From a virus (taxonomy: Duplodnaviria; Caudoviricetes), in IMG/VR virus record IMGVR_UViG_3300022183_000026, positions 1 through 34,359 of that record: a stretch of DNA of 34,359 bases, one strand, 5' to 3'. This document shows positions 7,475 through 17,489 of this stretch, in pieces (position 1 is the stretch's first letter; each line of letters starts with the position of its first letter). Below the pieces are notes generated by a model that saw only the letters and a program-made list of their open reading frames with translations, was not told the origin of the DNA and did no database searches. The position numbers and the translations under genes were made by a program.

Positions 7475-8202
7475 GAAGATTGTACAACATAGGAATACTA
7501 ACCGCCCTCTGGGGTCGGCACGAAGTCGCTGATATCGTCCTCCGCTACTATTCGGAGATGGAGATAGAAGGCCTTCGGTTGCACCGCGTTGCCGTAGGTA
7601 GCGAGGGTGATGTGACGCACTACCTAGCCGAGTCGAACAACTGGCACTACACCGAGGCTCCGAACGAACCGCTATCGGATAAGTGGAACGCGGGCATGGC
7701 AAAGATGAAGGGGCACGTTGATGCCGTTCTTATCGTGGGCAGCGATGACCTATTGAGCGAGAAAACGATTCGGATGCTTGTCGCTGAATGGGAAAATGGC
7801 GCAGACGTTGTGGGCCTTGAAGACCTCTATTACTACGATCTCCCGAAGGACGCCGTTTACTATTCGCGCCGCTCCCACCCCGGCGCGGGTATGCTTATCG
7901 GTGCGTCACCTCTCACGCGCCTTTCATGGCAACCGTGGCCTTCGGGACTTTTCAAGCGTTTAGACGGGCAGTTGATTAACCGCCTAACGACGGACGCCTA
8001 CCCTTGCAAGACACGATATATCGACAAGTGCAGCGACAAAGAAGCCGTACTTGTTGACATAAAGACGGATACGAATATGTGGTCCGTCGAGGACATGGCC
8101 CGAATGACGGGTCGTGTTGACCGCGTTCCGAACGAGGAACTAGACAAGACCTTTCCCGGCCTTCGGGAATTACTGAAACAAACCAACCACGACCATGCCT
8201 AA
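7471..8202 (+). CDS. GT-A fold (GT2-like) glycosyltransferase inside the tail module
   Basis: N-terminal IGILTALWGR strand; N.PLS.KWNAG; DAVLIVGSDD (DxD-like). Confidence 0.7.
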   Translation: MRRLYNIGILTALWGRHEVADIVLRYYSEMEIEGLRLHRVAVGSEGDVTHYLAESNNWHYTEAPNEPLSDKWNAGMAKMKGHVDAVLIVGSDDLLSEKTIRMLVAEWENGADVVGLEDLYYYDLPKDAVYYSRRSHPGAGMLIGASPLTRLSWQPWPSGLFKRLDGQLINRLTTDAYPCKTRYIDKCSDKEAVLVDIKTDTNMWSVEDMARMTGRVDRVPNEELDKTFPGLRELLKQTNHDHA

Positions 8203-8641
8203 CAAACTCGGACGCGAACTACTCCTATACGCGACCACCACCAGCCCCTCGACGGCAACGGACGCAAGCGACTACACGCTTGTCGGCCTCGTCACAGAAA
8301 CGAACCTGAACCGTTCGCGATCTGCTATCGACGTATCAACAAAGGACTCCGGTTCTAACTCTACGTTTATCGCGGGCCGTAGGAACGAAACGGTATCGGC
8401 ATCGGGCATCTTTGACCATACGGAAGACGCGGGCTATACCGCCCTGTCTGACGCATACGAAGCAGACAACGGCACGATCTACCTGCTCGTTTCATCTACG
8501 ACGAACGGCGACACCGAATGGCACGGCACATGTATCATAACGGATCTGTCCCTGTCCTTTGGCGATGATGCCGCTTCGACGTTCTCTATGTCGGCCCAGG
8601 TTACGGGTGCGCTTACCGAAGTAACGGGAACGACTACTTAA
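8195..8641 (+). CDS. Major tail tube protein (TP901-1-like)
   Basis: GRELLLY, IDVSTKDS...FIAG, G...IT.LS......TFS...Q.TGAL. Confidence 0.85.
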   Translation: MPNKLGRELLLYATTTSPSTATDASDYTLVGLVTETNLNRSRSAIDVSTKDSGSNSTFIAGRRNETVSASGIFDHTEDAGYTALSDAYEADNGTIYLLVSSTTNGDTEWHGTCIITDLSLSFGDDAASTFSMSAQVTGALTEVTGTTT

Positions 8642-8693
8642 TAGATTATGTATATTACCTGATCTACCTTAATAACTAAGTCAACAACTGACG

Positions 8694-9035
8694 ATGAAAA
8701 AGACACACCCTGAAGCTGTTAAGATTGACCTTGACGGTGAGGAATACACAATGCGTATCGGCCCTGCGGCGTTTCGGCTTGCTGAGATGAAGCAGAAGGT
8801 GAAGTTTACGCAGGAACAGTTCTCCGCTCCTAGCCTTGCGGACCTTGCGCGGTTCGCATACGTCGGGTGCCTGCTAGATAACCCGAAGCTAAAGGAGGAA
8901 GATTTCCTTGTGGGTATGGCGAAATCCGACGAGGGCAAGATTCTTGCCGCCGTTGGTGAATCACTACGCCGGATGACGGACGGCCTCGCGGCCATAGGCG
9001 GTGATTCAGAGGGAAACGGGGAGCCGGGGGAGTAA
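8694..9035 (+). CDS. Tail assembly chaperone (lambda G analogue)
   Basis: Lies between tail tube and tape measure genes; ends just after a G GGA AAC slippery site. Confidence 0.85.
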   Translation: MKKTHPEAVKIDLDGEEYTMRIGPAAFRLAEMKQKVKFTQEQFSAPSLADLARFAYVGCLLDNPKLKEEDFLVGMAKSDEGKILAAVGESLRRMTDGLAAIGGDSEGNGEPGE

Positions 9036-9373
9036 ATCCCTCGGCCCCTTTTCCTGATTTTGTCACGCTCGACGGGATGTGCGCGGCCTACCTGGGAATG
9101 ACCCCGGCGCAGGTCGATGAATGTTCTTTCAGGGATGTATACGTTATGCTTGCCGGGGCCGTGAAGCACACGCGCCAGCAGGCAGAATTGTCGTGGCAAC
9201 AGACGCTTGCCGTAGCGCAGGCGATTGAAAACACGATGCGTTTACAGGCGGGCAAGAAGCCGAGGCCGCTTGACTATATGTTCAAGCAGGTAAAGAAGCC
9301 CCGCATCACGCTTGACGAATACCGCAAACGGCGCGACGCCGCGTTGGAGATAATACATGGCAACGGCAGCTGA
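9011..9373 (+). CDS. Tail assembly chaperone -1 frameshift extension (lambda T analogue)
   Basis: G GGA AAC at 9011-9017; -1 frame is open into ORF 9077..9373; 9-bp hairpin at 9023-9045. Confidence 0.85.
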   Translation, partial: GKRGAGGVNPSAPFPDFVTLDGMCAAYLGMTPAQVDECSFRDVYVMLAGAVKHTRQQAELSWQQTLAVAQAIENTMRLQAGKKPRPLDYMFKQVKKPRITLDEYRKRRDAALEIIHGNGS

Positions 9374-11960
9374 ACTAACCGTAAAGATCGGTGCTGATAT
9401 TTCCGCGTTTCAAGCGGGGATGGGTAAGCTAGAGGGCCAGCTGAAAAATGTTGGGGCGAGCCTGAAGAACGTCGGGCGGCAAATGTCGCTTGCCGTTACA
9501 CTGCCTATTGCCGGGGTCGGCGCGGCGGCTATCAAGGCCGCGTCCGATGTGGAGGAAATGGAGTCGAAGTTCAACACGGTATTCAGCACCGTGGGGGGCA
9601 AGGTTCGTAAAGACCTAGATGCCTTCGCAAAGGCTACGGGGCGGTCCCGCTTCGCCCTAGCGGGTATGGCTTCCGAGCTTGGTGATATTATCAAGCCGAT
9701 GGGTTTCACCGAGTCTCAGGCCGGTGATATGTCTACGACCCTCACGAAGCTGGCCGTAGACCTCGGCTCCTTCAATAATATGCCGATGGACGAGGCCCTT
9801 ACGCGGCTTCGCGGTGCGCTGATCGGGGCGCATGAAAACGTAGCTACGTTCGGTGTTATCATCAACGAGAACACGCTGAAGCAAGAACTTGCCCGCATGG
9901 GCATGGACAAGCTAACGGGGTCGGCGAAGGAGCAGGCGAAGGTACAGGCCCGCATGAATCTTATCATGGCGCAGACCACCGACGCGCAGGGGGATGCAGT
10001 GGACACGGCCGGATCGTTTGCAAACAATCTTGAAGGGCTAAAGAATGCCCTGTACGATCTAGGTGTGACGCTTGGGCAGGTGGTCTTGCCACACGCAAAC
10101 AAGCTGGTAGACAGGCTTCGGGAGATGGTTGCGTACGTGCAGAACCTTAATCCCGACATACAGCGTCTGGGCATCATCATCGCAGGCGTAGCGGCGGCGG
10201 CAGGGCCGCTTGTCTTTGCGCTCGGCGGCATTACATCTTCGTTCGGCTCTATCCTTCGCGTCCTCACCCTAACGATGGGGCTATTCAATCCCTGGGTTGC
10301 AGGCATCGCAGCGGCGGCAGCAATCGGCGTCGTATTATATCGCCAATGGAACGCAGTCCCGGCGGTGTTCGAAGAGATAAAGCGCACCGCAAAACTAGCC
10401 TTTGACATTCTTGTTACATGGTGGATCGATAACCGCGAACTGATTATAGGCCGCATTGCCGCCCTGTGGGAAGCCATACAAGGGGCGTTCGGCGCGGCAT
10501 TCGTTGCGCTGTCTGAGGTGATCGAAACGGGCCTCGCCTTCGTGCGCGGCTTCTGGGTGGGTTACGGCAGCGAGATCGTTTCAATACTAGGCTTTGCTTT
10601 TTCGACGGCCCTGAACGTAGCGACCACCTACTTCAAGAACATGAAGGCGGTGATCGAATTAGGCATGGCCCTGATTAAGCCGGGATGGGATGGGGAATGG
10701 GCGGCGTTCACGGCTATCGTTGAGAACAATACGAACTTTGCGAAGACCGCCGTTGAGGATTTTATGCGGGCGGTCGATAGTGAAACCGATCTATCCGATG
10801 ACCCGATAGACAAGAAGATGCGCCTTGAAGAGTTTAGGGCAAGCCTTACAACAAAGCTAGGGCAGGGCGTTCAGGCACTCAAGGCATTCAGCAAGGGCGC
10901 AGACACCGAACTCGTGAGCGGAGATGGGTCGGTAGCGAACAGCGCATTAGAAGCACAGGGGTCTATCCGTGATCTTCATTCGGAGATAGGCGGGTTCACG
11001 TTCACCACAACGCAATACTCTTCCTTCGTTACCGCTATCGACTCAATGAAGGGATCGACGGACGCGGCGAAGGAAAGTGTCGGAGACTTGATGGACGAGA
11101 TCCCTACCGAGTTGGTAATGCCGACATGGGATGTGACTGCGCCGACAGAGGACGATATCGGTTTCTGGGGTACGTACAACGCGAAGATAAAAGAGGCAAG
11201 GGATTTCTTTGCTGGCGTGTCGCATCACGCGGGCATTCTTGCTTTCAATCTTACCGATGTGGAGTCGGGTTACTCAGCCCTGTTCGGCGATTCCCCGCAG
11301 TGGATGAAAGACCTCGCGAGCTACGCGGACGCGGCGTGGCGTGTGTTCAGGGCGTTTGAGGCGTTGGGAGAATTGATGCAGGCCGAGTTCTGGCGTGGTG
11401 TTTACAGCGATATACGCGGCCTCGTTAGTGGCATCGGATCTATTCTAGGCGCAGGTGGCAGCGGCAGTGGTGTTCCCGACTTTACAGGCGGCGCAGGCGG
11501 CATAGGTACTACCGGCCCAGGAACGACAAGCACCGGCGCGGCGGCGGCAGGCGCAGGAACTGCCGGGACATGGGCGTCCGGCTCATGGGCAGGCCTTGCG
11601 GCTACTGGCTACGTATTCGGTCGGTCCCTCTACCAGCTCTTTGGCGGCGGGCAAACGCAAACGCCCTGGGACCGGGCCGGAATCACGCAGGCCGAGTGGA
11701 CGCAGCAACAGATTGATTCAGGCGGGTACGCACATATCCTCGGAAACCTTGCAGGGCCGAACAGTGGTATTCTCGGTTTACTGAACGGCAGCACGACGCC
11801 AGGTTGGTTATCCGGTCTTCAAGGCTACACGGGCAGCGACACATCGGGTCGAATGAGCAATGGGCAAACCGTCAACGTGATTCTAGACGGCCGCACGATT
11901 GCAACGGCAACTGTACCGTATCTTGCCGGTGAACTAGAAGTGAGGGGCACGAACTACTGA
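9357..11960 (+). CDS. Tail tape measure protein
   Basis: 867 aa, Ala/Gly-rich helical; L.VKIGAD..F N-terminus; V.V.LDGRTIA C-terminus. Confidence 0.95.
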   Translation: MATAAELTVKIGADISAFQAGMGKLEGQLKNVGASLKNVGRQMSLAVTLPIAGVGAAAIKAASDVEEMESKFNTVFSTVGGKVRKDLDAFAKATGRSRFALAGMASELGDIIKPMGFTESQAGDMSTTLTKLAVDLGSFNNMPMDEALTRLRGALIGAHENVATFGVIINENTLKQELARMGMDKLTGSAKEQAKVQARMNLIMAQTTDAQGDAVDTAGSFANNLEGLKNALYDLGVTLGQVVLPHANKLVDRLREMVAYVQNLNPDIQRLGIIIAGVAAAAGPLVFALGGITSSFGSILRVLTLTMGLFNPWVAGIAAAAAIGVVLYRQWNAVPAVFEEIKRTAKLAFDILVTWWIDNRELIIGRIAALWEAIQGAFGAAFVALSEVIETGLAFVRGFWVGYGSEIVSILGFAFSTALNVATTYFKNMKAVIELGMALIKPGWDGEWAAFTAIVENNTNFAKTAVEDFMRAVDSETDLSDDPIDKKMRLEEFRASLTTKLGQGVQALKAFSKGADTELVSGDGSVANSALEAQGSIRDLHSEIGGFTFTTTQYSSFVTAIDSMKGSTDAAKESVGDLMDEIPTELVMPTWDVTAPTEDDIGFWGTYNAKIKEARDFFAGVSHHAGILAFNLTDVESGYSALFGDSPQWMKDLASYADAAWRVFRAFEALGELMQAEFWRGVYSDIRGLVSGIGSILGAGGSGSGVPDFTGGAGGIGTTGPGTTSTGAAAAGAGTAGTWASGSWAGLAATGYVFGRSLYQLFGGGQTQTPWDRAGITQAEWTQQQIDSGGYAHILGNLAGPNSGILGLLNGSTTPGWLSGLQGYTGSDTSGRMSNGQTVNVILDGRTIATATVPYLAGELEVRGTNY

Positions 11961-13390
11961 TGGCGATAGTCATAAAGGATAGCGGCGGCACAGACGTTGA
12001 CTTTGTGCGTGAATCGTTCTCAATGGAAGACGCCGTTACGCAGCGCGGTACGCTTTCCTTTCAGCACATAGGAACGACGAGGCCGCTTGAGTGGGGGGAG
12101 GATGTTTTTGTCTACGACGGCGCATCAAAGATATGGGGCGGCACCGTTGATTCGTGGGTGGAGTCGGACATAACGGTAGCCGGAAACACGGAGCTACGCT
12201 TTACCTATCGGTGCGTGGACTTCTCGCAACTAGCCGCCCGCGCCATTATTGCAACGCAGTACGTTGACCAGACGGCGGGGGCAATAGTAACCGCGCTTGC
12301 CGGTAACGGCCTGCTTGTAAACTTCGGCGTATCGGCGGGAACGATACATGACGGGGTGACGATTGATTCCATCTCGTTTAACTACCTACCTATTGAAACG
12401 TGCCTTGATGACCTTGCCGAACTGTCGGGTTTCTTCTGGGATATCGACAAAGATAAAAACTTAAACTTCCGGCCCGTCGACGCCGCCGCCGCGCCCTTTG
12501 ACATAACGAGTAGCAACCGCCCGTATCGGTCTATCACGTTTCAGGAAACGCGTGGGCAGTATGTCAACCAGGTCTTCGTGAGGGCGGGAACGACGCTAGA
12601 TTCGGCAGACACGACTGAGACACAACTGGGCGACGGCAACAAGCGCACCTTCGTGGTCGGTGCGCCGATAGGGTCCACGCCAACGATTGAGGTTGATACA
12701 GGCGGCGGGTTCTCTACGCAGACCGTAGGTGTCAATGGTATCGGCACATCCTCGCAATGGTATTATAATGTTGGTTCCTCCATCGTCGTTCATGATAGCA
12801 GCGAAACGGTACTAGGTGCTACCGATAAGGTGCGCGTAACATTCAAGGGCCGCTTTCCGATTATTGTATTCGCCGTCGAGGAAGATGCGCTAACGGAGCG
12901 GTCGGCGGTTGAAACGGGTAATGGCACTTATCAGCGAGTAATTGACGCCCAGGATCTGGCTTCGTTAGACGAAGCAGAACTAAGGGCGAAGGCTATCCTT
13001 GAACAGTATTCACAGGCGCGGCTTACGTGTTCGTATGTAACAGACACGGCGGGATTAGAGGCGGGGCAGACGCAAACGATCAACCTGACCGAACACGGTA
13101 TAAACGCGAACTTCCTGATTGAAAAGGTATCAGCTTCGATGCTGTCGGACGGGACACTGCGTTACAATGTGGATGCGGCGGCAACGCAGACCGTTGCGGG
13201 GTGGAGCTACTGGAAGCAAAAAACCCGGCAAGACCGTAAGTTTGTAGTTCGCGACAACGAGGTGCTTAACAACCTTGCACGACCGTCCGACGATATAACC
13301 ATTGCCGACGCTCCCTCTACTGCTACATCAGGCGTGGACGGGTTCAATGTCGGCGCATCATCCATTGTGGGGTTAGTAAGTGTTGGATAA
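11960..13390 (+). CDS. Minor tail / baseplate hub protein
   Basis: Follows the tape measure gene; LD.LAELSG..W.ID..K.LNF and YVNQVFV motifs. Confidence 0.75.
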   Translation: MAIVIKDSGGTDVDFVRESFSMEDAVTQRGTLSFQHIGTTRPLEWGEDVFVYDGASKIWGGTVDSWVESDITVAGNTELRFTYRCVDFSQLAARAIIATQYVDQTAGAIVTALAGNGLLVNFGVSAGTIHDGVTIDSISFNYLPIETCLDDLAELSGFFWDIDKDKNLNFRPVDAAAAPFDITSSNRPYRSITFQETRGQYVNQVFVRAGTTLDSADTTETQLGDGNKRTFVVGAPIGSTPTIEVDTGGGFSTQTVGVNGIGTSSQWYYNVGSSIVVHDSSETVLGATDKVRVTFKGRFPIIVFAVEEDALTERSAVETGNGTYQRVIDAQDLASLDEAELRAKAILEQYSQARLTCSYVTDTAGLEAGQTQTINLTEHGINANFLIEKVSASMLSDGTLRYNVDAAATQTVAGWSYWKQKTRQDRKFVVRDNEVLNNLARPSDDITIADAPSTATSGVDGFNVGASSIVGLVSVG

Positions 13391-13391
13391 C

Positions 13392-13814
13392 ATGAACATA
13401 AAGGGCCGCGTTCGTATCGAAGTGTCCGACGGGCGCGTCTTCGAACAGGATAACATTGTCACGAACGGCGGGCGCGACCGCATTGCCGCGCTGATCGCGC
13501 AAGACACTACGTCGTTCCCTTCGCACATCGCTATCGGCACGGGCTCTACGGCCTTTGTCGTTACCGATACGACGCTCGACACAGAGGTAGACCGCAACGC
13601 GATTGCATCGTCTACGGCTTCGTCGGGTGCTACGACGTTCAAGGCGTTCTTCGACAAGAACGAGGCGAACGGGAATACTATTGCAGAAGTCGGTATATTC
13701 GATGCGGCGGCGGCAGGCACTATGCTTTGCGCGGCTGTCCTAGCATCGACCGTAGCGAAGACTTCATCCGTCACCCTAACAATAACGTGGACATGGACGT
13801 TCGCTGACGCATAA
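13392..13814 (+). CDS. Tail collar-like small structural protein
   Basis: NIVTNGG, IAIGTG...DTTL..E..R, EANG..I.EVGIF motifs. Confidence 0.75.
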   Translation: MNIKGRVRIEVSDGRVFEQDNIVTNGGRDRIAALIAQDTTSFPSHIAIGTGSTAFVVTDTTLDTEVDRNAIASSTASSGATTFKAFFDKNEANGNTIAEVGIFDAAAAGTMLCAAVLASTVAKTSSVTLTITWTWTFADA

Positions 13815-14599
13815 TGGCTACAACAGTATTTCCCGAAACATCGGACGCGGTAACAGAAGCAACGTGGCAGGGCTTGAATAAGGCCATTGCCGCCGGTGGC
13901 GCATGGACTACCGAGGGCTTCGATGTAACGGTAGACAGCGGCCTTGATATTGATATCGCCGCAGGCGAAGCATTCGTCAATGGCTACTGGGTTTCATCCG
14001 ACGCCGTGCAGGGCGCGACGATGACGGACAGCACAACGAACTACGTATGGCTTGAGCCAGACGGCACGTTGACGGTAAACACAAGCGGGTCAAACCCCGG
14101 CAATGCTTTGCTACTTGCTACCGTCGTTACTTCGGGCGGGGCGATCAGTTCGATCAGCCGCGAAAGCAACGTGACTACCGGCCCCCATGTTTACATTCGA
14201 AAGGCCGCATCGGAGTCGGTAACTTCATCTACTACGCTCCAGGATGACAATCACTTGACGGTCGCCCTTGAGCCGGGTTTGTACAGGGCAACGCTTGCAT
14301 TAGAGGTGACGGCCAATGCATCGGGCGGGATAAAGGTAGCACTTGCAACTACTGCCACGAACGCTCTTCTTGAAGGGGCTGTGTACCTAAGCAATGGGGC
14401 GGTAACAGCATGGGCAGACACGTTCGGAACGGCAGCAGGGCATACCGTAGCTTACGCGGGTGAGCCCGTGGTTATCGAGGTCATGTTCGGCCTTGCCGAT
14501 GCCGGGACCGTGAAGTTACAGTGGGCGCAAAACGCATCCTTCGGGACGGCTACCACGCTTGAAACGGGAAGCATGATGTTTATTGAACGGATATCGTAA
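13814..14599 (+). CDS. Putative receptor-binding / short tail fibre protein 1
   Basis: MATT.FP N-terminal anchor, V.V..G.A.V.G motif, C-terminal beta sandwich (LQWAQN). Confidence 0.7.
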   Translation: MATTVFPETSDAVTEATWQGLNKAIAAGGAWTTEGFDVTVDSGLDIDIAAGEAFVNGYWVSSDAVQGATMTDSTTNYVWLEPDGTLTVNTSGSNPGNALLLATVVTSGGAISSISRESNVTTGPHVYIRKAASESVTSSTTLQDDNHLTVALEPGLYRATLALEVTANASGGIKVALATTATNALLEGAVYLSNGAVTAWADTFGTAAGHTVAYAGEPVVIEVMFGLADAGTVKLQWAQNASFGTATTLETGSMMFIERIS

Positions 14600-15417
14600 T
14601 GGCTACAACACGATTCCCCGACACCTTAGACACGCCGATTACAGAAGCGAACTGGTCGGGGGTCAATGTTGCGGCTTCTGGCGTTCGCTCTTGGCGGCAG
14701 ACGGGGTTCGACCTATCGGACGGTGGCGGGCTGAACCTTGACATAGCCGCAGGCACAGCCTACGTGGGCGGCTATTACGTCGATATCACAACGACAACGA
14801 CGCTTGCTCTCACCGACAATCTTAACTTCGGAGACGGCAATAGGGTATGGCTCCAGGCTGACGGGACGATATACGCCAATGCGTCGAACACACCGACAGC
14901 CGCAACGGACCTTCTTCTGGGATGGGTTGAAACAAACTCGGGGTCTATATCTGATATCAATCCGAGCTACGAACTAGATGTGGGCAGCGGGTATCAGATA
15001 GGAAACCGGCGTATGTCATTCGGCGGCGTCTTGGGGTCTGTTAGCACCAGCGAGGTCGTGCGCCTTGATCTTGCCGTTGAACCCGGTATGTACTGGGTGT
15101 CGATGCGCATCGCCGGTAATAACCCTGCCGCATCACACACGTACAACATTCGCATTACTTGCCTGAGTGCGGCAGAGGCGTCGGCTAATCTTTCTATGCA
15201 CAGGTATACGGAGAATGGGACAGGTGCGGGAGACTTTGCTTCAAGCGGAACGCAGGTATCATTTGCAAACAACGGGGGAACGGGGCAGCTTACCGGATTC
15301 TTTATCGTTCAGGGGGTGATGGAGTTTGCCGACACAGGTAGCATTGAAGTTAAGTTGCAAGTAAGCTCGGGGGCACAGTTTGGTAACGGGTATTTGACGG
15401 CTCGCAAGATCCTATAA
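14599..15417 (+). CDS. Putative receptor-binding / short tail fibre protein 2
   Basis: N-terminal ~120 aa paralogous to the previous gene; divergent C-terminus. Confidence 0.7.
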   Translation: MATTRFPDTLDTPITEANWSGVNVAASGVRSWRQTGFDLSDGGGLNLDIAAGTAYVGGYYVDITTTTTLALTDNLNFGDGNRVWLQADGTIYANASNTPTAATDLLLGWVETNSGSISDINPSYELDVGSGYQIGNRRMSFGGVLGSVSTSEVVRLDLAVEPGMYWVSMRIAGNNPAASHTYNIRITCLSAAEASANLSMHRYTENGTGAGDFASSGTQVSFANNGGTGQLTGFFIVQGVMEFADTGSIEVKLQVSSGAQFGNGYLTARKIL

Positions 15418-15433
15418 CAAACCGGATTTAGGA

Positions 15434-16315
15434 ATGTGGAATGTATCAGAGTGGGGAAGTGGTCACGAAATACTATTCACAGCAGAGTATCAGAAGCCGG
15501 GGTGGGAGCAATGGGTTCTACTGACGGGCGATAGACACTGGGACAATAAAAAGTCCGATTGGGCGTTACAGAAAAAGCACCTTGAACTAGCGAAGGAAAG
15601 GAACGCGCCGGTTATCGACGTAGGCGACTTCTTCTGTCTGATGCAGGGGCGATATGATAAGCGCAAGTCTGCTACGGCCATTCGGCAGATACACAGCGGC
15701 GATGATTACTTCGACGCCGTGCCCCTTACGGCGGTGGATTTCTTCAAGCCCTATGCGAAACAGTTCGCCGTGATAGGGATGGGCAACCATGAGACGGCAA
15801 TACTAAAGCATCACCAGATCAACATTACGGATCGGTTCATCTACCGACTGAACAAGGAAACGGGATCGAACGTGATGCGCGGCGGGTACGGCGGCTGGAT
15901 AAAGCTACGCTTTGCCTACCCCGGCGTTCAGAAGCGTAAGTCATTGCTACTGAAATACCATCACGGGCATGGCGGCGGCGGTAGGGTAACACGCGGAACG
16001 CTGAACGCGCAGAGGAACGGGGAGGTGTACCCGCAGGCCGACATAGTAGTGACGGGCCATATCCATGAACGCTGGCACGTAGAAACGACGAAGGAATGCG
16101 TTACCGACTACGGGCGCATGGACCTGCGGCCCCAGCATCATATTCAGGTGTCAACGTACAAGCAGGAGTATGACCCGAAGGGGGGATGGCATTACGAAAG
16201 AGGGGCACCGCCTAAACCCCTCGGCGGCTACTGGCTACGCTTCACCTACGAATCAAAGCAAGTAGACGGCAAGCAGGTAATGAGCATCAGGGCGCAGCCA
16301 ATGCCGACGATTTAA
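15434..16315 (+). CDS. Calcineurin-like metallophosphoesterase
   Basis: GDRH, VGD, GNHE, HHGHG and GHIH motifs in canonical order. Confidence 0.9.
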   Translation: MWNVSEWGSGHEILFTAEYQKPGWEQWVLLTGDRHWDNKKSDWALQKKHLELAKERNAPVIDVGDFFCLMQGRYDKRKSATAIRQIHSGDDYFDAVPLTAVDFFKPYAKQFAVIGMGNHETAILKHHQINITDRFIYRLNKETGSNVMRGGYGGWIKLRFAYPGVQKRKSLLLKYHHGHGGGGRVTRGTLNAQRNGEVYPQADIVVTGHIHERWHVETTKECVTDYGRMDLRPQHHIQVSTYKQEYDPKGGWHYERGAPPKPLGGYWLRFTYESKQVDGKQVMSIRAQPMPTI

Positions 16316-16932
16316 CGCCAGGATTGCTGGTTGACAAGGGCTGTCTGAATCCTATCATCGTTGCGGTGCCTATCGTAGATCGTATCAGGCACTTCTAGGT
16401 ACTTGATCCAATTTCGTTTAGGCGGTGGCACCCGCATAATATCGATGCCTAGCGTGTTGCACTTTACCCCTACGTGGATATCTGCCATGTTCTCGTATGG
16501 GAAATCCGATATGTCGAATCTGGCATGATCGGTATGGTAGCAGAATACCCCGGTGCCGGGGATATGAACCCGCTCCACCTTCTTGTCGAAGGTGCGCCAG
16601 TCGTGCTTGATGCGGGCCGACTTGTCACGGTAGTAGGACTTGCTTTCTTTCAGGACGATACGCCCCATGAGGGACACGGGGCACCCGTGCTTTTCGGCCT
16701 GTTCTACCATGTAGGCGGCGTAATCGTCGGGCATAACTAAATCATCGTCAAAAGTTAAAATATATCCGCTGTAATTATGCATCTTCCAATCGACTGCGAA
16801 CTTGCGGGCATCGTCTGTGCGCCCGTCAACGTCGCGCTTCCACACAAAGGTGCGGCATTGACTTCGCATTGCGGCCTCTGCTTTGCGGGCTTGTTTTTCC
16901 CTGCCTGGAATTGTCGCCATTGATGCGATCAT
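16312..16932 (-). CDS. GT-A fold glycosyltransferase-like protein
   Basis: ASMATIP.R, D..KF, ILTFDDDL.MP.DY, GTGV, MADI motifs. Confidence 0.75.
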   Translation of the reverse strand: MIASMATIPGREKQARKAEAAMRSQCRTFVWKRDVDGRTDDARKFAVDWKMHNYSGYILTFDDDLVMPDDYAAYMVEQAEKHGCPVSLMGRIVLKESKSYYRDKSARIKHDWRTFDKKVERVHIPGTGVFCYHTDHARFDISDFPYENMADIHVGVKCNTLGIDIMRVPPPKRNWIKYLEVPDTIYDRHRNDDRIQTALVNQQSWR

Positions 16933-17489
16933 CGGACCCGCTCTTTAAACATTTTAAGTACTCGCCTCTTGTGCTCTTCTGGATTGTCCTTTCTCCACAA
17001 GACTTCCGCTACTATTTCATTCCATGACGGGTGTTCATTAACTGCTTCAAAGTGCGCTCCTGCGAATAATCTAAAGGTTCTAAGTGCGAGTATTTTGCTT
17101 CCTGAATACATTGAGTCATGCCACTTGCCGCCTGTTTCTGTTATAAAATGCTTTTCAGCCCCAAGAGCAATTGCATCGCTTTCAAGTATAGCCTGCTCAT
17201 ATGATATACCGTGGAGGTCATCGTAAAACAAGCGCATATCGCAATCGGCCTTGTATACCCTTTGTGCGCTACATGAACGGGCCATCCACCTGTGTTCTTT
17301 GTAGTGGCATTTTCTACAAAGGGTTAATCCGTTTGTAATAACATATCTCAGTTTTGGATATTTTGCCCACGGCTTTACATGGTGAGCGTGTAGTTCATCT
17401 TTGGACCCGCATTGAGTGCACTTGTGACTATCTCTTGCAATCACCCGTTTTCTCCACTTTCTATATCTTTTATCATTCCATCTGCTCAC
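16929..17489 (-). CDS. HNH endonuclease with C-terminal extension
   Basis: RD.H.CxxCG...LHAHH.KPW...NG.TLCxxCH..EH; visibly AT-richer than its neighbours. Confidence 0.9.
   Translation of the reverse strand: MSRWNDKRYRKWRKRVIARDSHKCTQCGSKDELHAHHVKPWAKYPKLRYVITNGLTLCRKCHYKEHRWMARSCSAQRVYKADCDMRLFYDDLHGISYEQAILESDAIALGAEKHFITETGGKWHDSMYSGSKILALRTFRLFAGAHFEAVNEHPSWNEIVAEVLWRKDNPEEHKRRVLKMFKERVR

Noticed and set aside
9716-10477. 253-aa minus-strand ORF and other antisense ORFs in the structural region
   Set aside because: Shadows of GC-rich plus-strand genes with no independent coding signal.
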